A DNA stretch of 38,051 nt from a virus (taxonomy: Duplodnaviria > Caudoviricetes). The stretch is from positions 1 to 38,051 of the IMG/VR virus record IMGVR_UViG_3300025018_000290; one strand, 5' to 3'. The notes under the pieces are model-generated. The model was not told the DNA's origin, searched no databases, and saw nothing but the letters and a program-made list of their open reading frames with translations. Below are positions 35,853-38,051 of the stretch, piece by piece (within the stretch, counting starts at the first letter, position 1; each line of letters starts with the position of its first letter). The position numbers and the translations under genes were made by a program.

Positions 35853-36425
35853 ATGCAAAAAGTGAATAGTGACAACATATTTCCAGGAGCAAAAATAAGT
35901 TTTGGAAAACAAGAATTTTATGTCTATAAAGTAAACGAGAAATCTGCCTATATTGGAACAACTACTTTCTCGGAAGTAGATAGATTAGTTAGAGGCTCTA
36001 AGTTTTCTGATGTAATGAAAAATGTAAGAGCGAAAAAAATAACCTATTCAGAAGGATATACTATAGCAGATGAAGAAGTAAAGAAGAAGGAAATTAAGAA
36101 AGATTTACTTCCCGCTGGATCATCTAAAAAACTTCGACCTGTTTCTAAGTTAGTCGAAGCTGACATTATAAGAAGATTTAGACTTTTTAAAGATAGTAAA
36201 AGCGGAAGCAAAAATATGATACAATATGGAAAAGAAGAAGCGAGACCAATTGTATACAATGAAAACGGACAAGTGCTTTTTGTCAATGCAGATGGAATTC
36301 TTTTCTTTTATGATATTGATATGGATGAATACACTCTCTTTGACAAAGCCAAAAATAAAATAGGGTATGGAAATGATAATATTGTTTGGCCAAGAGAGCA
36401 GAGAAGCTCTGTCGAAGTAGCTTAA
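35853..36425 (+). CDS. hypothetical protein
   Basis: 190-aa ORF, SD AAGGAG. Confidence 0.6.
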   Translation: MQKVNSDNIFPGAKISFGKQEFYVYKVNEKSAYIGTTTFSEVDRLVRGSKFSDVMKNVRAKKITYSEGYTIADEEVKKKEIKKDLLPAGSSKKLRPVSKLVEADIIRRFRLFKDSKSGSKNMIQYGKEEARPIVYNENGQVLFVNADGILFFYDIDMDEYTLFDKAKNKIGYGNDNIVWPREQRSSVEVA

Positions 36426-36442
36426 CGATTTTTTGCTTTTCT

Positions 36443-36481
36443 ATGAAGTTTCCGCACGGAATTCGGAGGTTTCATTTTTTT
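36443..36481 (+). terminator. intrinsic terminator
   Basis: ATGAAGTTTCCG/CGGAGGTTTCAT stem (with G-U pairs) followed by a T-run. Confidence 0.7.
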
Positions 36482-36719
36482 AAAAAAATGAGGTTTTTTA
36501 TCGTTTTTTTAAAAAAATTATAGCATTTATCGGCTTGTCGTAGCGTCTTGTATTTTTTTTAGCAATGGGTGGTGGTATATTTTGGGTGTTTTTGGGCTTT
36601 TTTGATAGAAATTTTGGAGATTTTGATTTAATTTTATAAATTTGACATAATTTATAAATCTCAAATTATTTACTTTTTTTAGATATAATCTCCTCTATTT
36701 ATTAAAAAATAGGGGGGAG

Positions 36720-37111
36720 TTGACAAGAAAAATTTTTTTCGTTATAATTTGGGCATCGGTTCGGCAGTGATGCCAGCCGATAGAAAACAAAAGTAGCCGA
36801 TACCCTACTTGACAAGAAAAAATATTTTTGTTAAAGTATGGGCATCGACAACACAATACGCCGATTGCGTAAAGTGTTACGCTTTTATAAAAAAGTAGCC
36901 GATACCCTACTTGACAAGAAAAAATATTTTTGTTAAAGTATGGGCATCGACAACGGGAAAAAAGAAAACTATAGGCGAACTCAAGAAACCTATAGAATTA
37001 GAGAAGGAGACTGTTGAAAAGTAGTCATGCTTTTATAAAACTGAATTTATAAAGCTTACTACCAATAGTCAGAGTAAAGGTCTTGACAAGAAAAAATTCT
37101 TGTTATATCAT
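36720..37111 (+). promoter_or_regulatory. array of four tandem sigma70 promoters
   Basis: TTGACAAGAAAAA at 36720, 36809, 36911, 37083, each with a -10 at N17 (TATAAT, TG-n-TAAAGT twice, TATCAT). Confidence 0.8.
36789..36954 (+). repeat. 64-bp perfect direct repeat x2 (36789-36852, 36891-36954)
   Basis: AAAAGTAGCCGATACCCTACTTGACAAGAAAAAATATTTTTGTTAAAGTATGGGCATCGACAAC, period 102. Confidence 0.95.
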
Positions 37112-37181
37112 TATGCCATACCAGTTTGGTGTGTCGTTGTAAAAGTGTTACAACGAAAAAAAACATAGTGGAGGTGTCTAT

Positions 37182-37577
37182 ATGACCCAAGCACAAATTG
37201 ACCGAATCGAAGTACTTAAGGCTGAACTCGCATCTATCGTTTCTGAAATGGACGATAAGGAAGATGTGAAGGCTTTAGGTGCCGAACTCACGAGTATTAA
37301 GTCTGCCCGTGTCAAGGAATTGACAAAGGTTACTCGTCAAGTAAAGACTGCCGAAAAACAAGCTGTTCGGCAAGAGGCTGATGCTGTAGGGCGCGAAATT
37401 ATCGCTTCCGCCATTGAAGGTCAAGGAATCCGTTTCCTCCTCAGTGGAGTAGAACACGAAGGAACCTTCGTGAAGGCTTCTGACAAGCGAGCTACTGTTC
37501 AGCTCGTGGATGATGATGGATCGCTCGTAAAGCGTGCCATTATGTTCGACAAGGTTCTTGGTCTAATCGAGGACTAA
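37182..37577 (+). CDS. putative highly expressed early protein (coiled coil + small beta-barrel)
   Basis: SD GGAGGTG; first gene after the promoter array; CGT/GCT/C-ending codons unlike the rest of the window. Confidence 0.7.
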   Translation: MTQAQIDRIEVLKAELASIVSEMDDKEDVKALGAELTSIKSARVKELTKVTRQVKTAEKQAVRQEADAVGREIIASAIEGQGIRFLLSGVEHEGTFVKASDKRATVQLVDDDGSLVKRAIMFDKVLGLIED

Positions 37578-37593
37578 GAACTAACTTTCGGCT

Positions 37594-37623
37594 TAGGTCG
37601 GGAGTGTAATAACTCCCGACCTA
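37594..37623 (+). terminator. 12-bp perfect hairpin (terminator or processing site)
   Basis: TAGGTCGGGAGT-GTAATA-ACTCCCGACCTA after the stop; weak U-tract. Confidence 0.65.
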
Positions 37624-37657
37624 TATCTTGAATAATTACCTAAAATATCGTAGAAGG

Positions 37658-37801
37658 GTAAAAAGTCCAAAAAATCTAAGAAGTATAGATGCTAGCTCTA
37701 TCACCTTAGACCTACACAAAAGACTATACCCTAACTACAAACCTCAGTAGCAATAAGTAAAAAAGTCCAAAAAATCTAATAAGTATATATGCTAGCTGTA
37801 T
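37658..37801 (+). repeat. ~44-bp imperfect direct repeat x2, period about 100
   Basis: GTAAAAA(A)GTCCAAAAAATCTAA(G/T)AAGTATA(G/T)ATGCTAGCT(C/G)TAT at 37658-37701 and 37757-37801. Confidence 0.9.
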
Positions 37802-37818
37802 ACTATGGGAAGGATGCT

Positions 37819-37932
37819 ATGAAATTAGTTACCAGTGTTGCGTGGATACTTCGGAAGAATTATGGCCATAGTTGGTCTACTTCTATGAGAATGTCATGGG
37901 CTGCCTATCGAAGCATTAAAGCCCAATTATGA
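37819..37932 (+). CDS. 37-aa small protein (not in the ORF track)
   Basis: MKLVTSVAWILRKNYGHSWSTSMRMSWAAYRSIKAQL; SD GGAAGGA; ATGA overlap with the next ORF. Confidence 0.55.
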   Translation: MKLVTSVAWILRKNYGHSWSTSMRMSWAAYRSIKAQL

Positions 37933-38051
37933 AAATTCTTAAAATTTTCATAATTATAGCTATAATTTCCAGTTACATAATTTTCTTTGAAGCTATGTCT
38001 GGAGAAGTAGCTGGTATACTGTATCTTTTTGGTTTAGCGATAGCATTTTCG
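37929..38051 (+). CDS. small membrane protein, 5' part (runs off the window)
   Basis: MKILKIFIIIAIISSYIIFFEAMSGEVAGILYLFGLAIAFS..., two hydrophobic stretches. Confidence 0.5.
   Translation, partial: MKILKIFIIIAIISSYIIFFEAMSGEVAGILYLFGLAIAFS

Noticed and set aside
36642-36670. Additional TTGACA as a fifth promoter (likewise 23960 and 27834)
   Set aside because: No acceptable -10 at 17-bp spacing
36789-36954. Mini-CRISPR array (two identical repeats with a 38-bp spacer)
   Set aside because: Repeat is 64 bp, contains a full sigma70 promoter, has only two exact copies, and no cas genes are in the window
36940-37052. Tiny ORFs in spacer 3 (25 aa from the ATG at 36940; 12 aa after AAGGAG)
   Set aside because: The ATG abuts the -10 box, upstream of the expected TSS of its own promoter; both are too short to support
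36426-37181. tRNA genes in the non-coding region
   Set aside because: No cloverleaf, TTCGA T-loop with proper spacing, or CCA end found by eye
1-38051. Stop-codon reassignment as seen in some large phages
   Set aside because: TAA, TAG and TGA all end full-length conserved genes, and coding density is high under code 11

Overview
AT-rich, gene-dense segment of a large T4-like (myovirus-type, probably 'huge/jumbo') phage genome using the standard code 11. It holds a recombination/replication module (UvsX/RecA 3' part, UvsW, gp47/gp46 Mre11/Rad50-like pair, Pif1-like helicase, RNase H/5'-3' exonuclease, primase, DnaB/gp41 helicase, Holliday junction resolvase) whose polymerase is a DnaE (Pol III alpha) split into three separate intein-free ORFs, a gp55-like sigma factor, host-like auxiliary genes (GroES-like, Dps, Hsp20, peptide deformylase, bS21), a tail tube gene, a holin candidate and a putative nuclease + Dam-family methylase pair. 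Two regulatory grammars are visible: sigma70-type TTGACA-N17-TAnnnT early promoters, and a GTAAAGnTAA-like motif in front of scattered genes that mostly begin with capsid-targeting-like propeptides (MKLxxII/LxE), including a putative ADP-ribosyltransferase, a zincin and an HNH protein. The right end is a non-coding region with four tandem strong promoters separated by hairpin-rich spacers, followed by small early-type genes. All assignments come from motif recognition by eye; no database searches were run.
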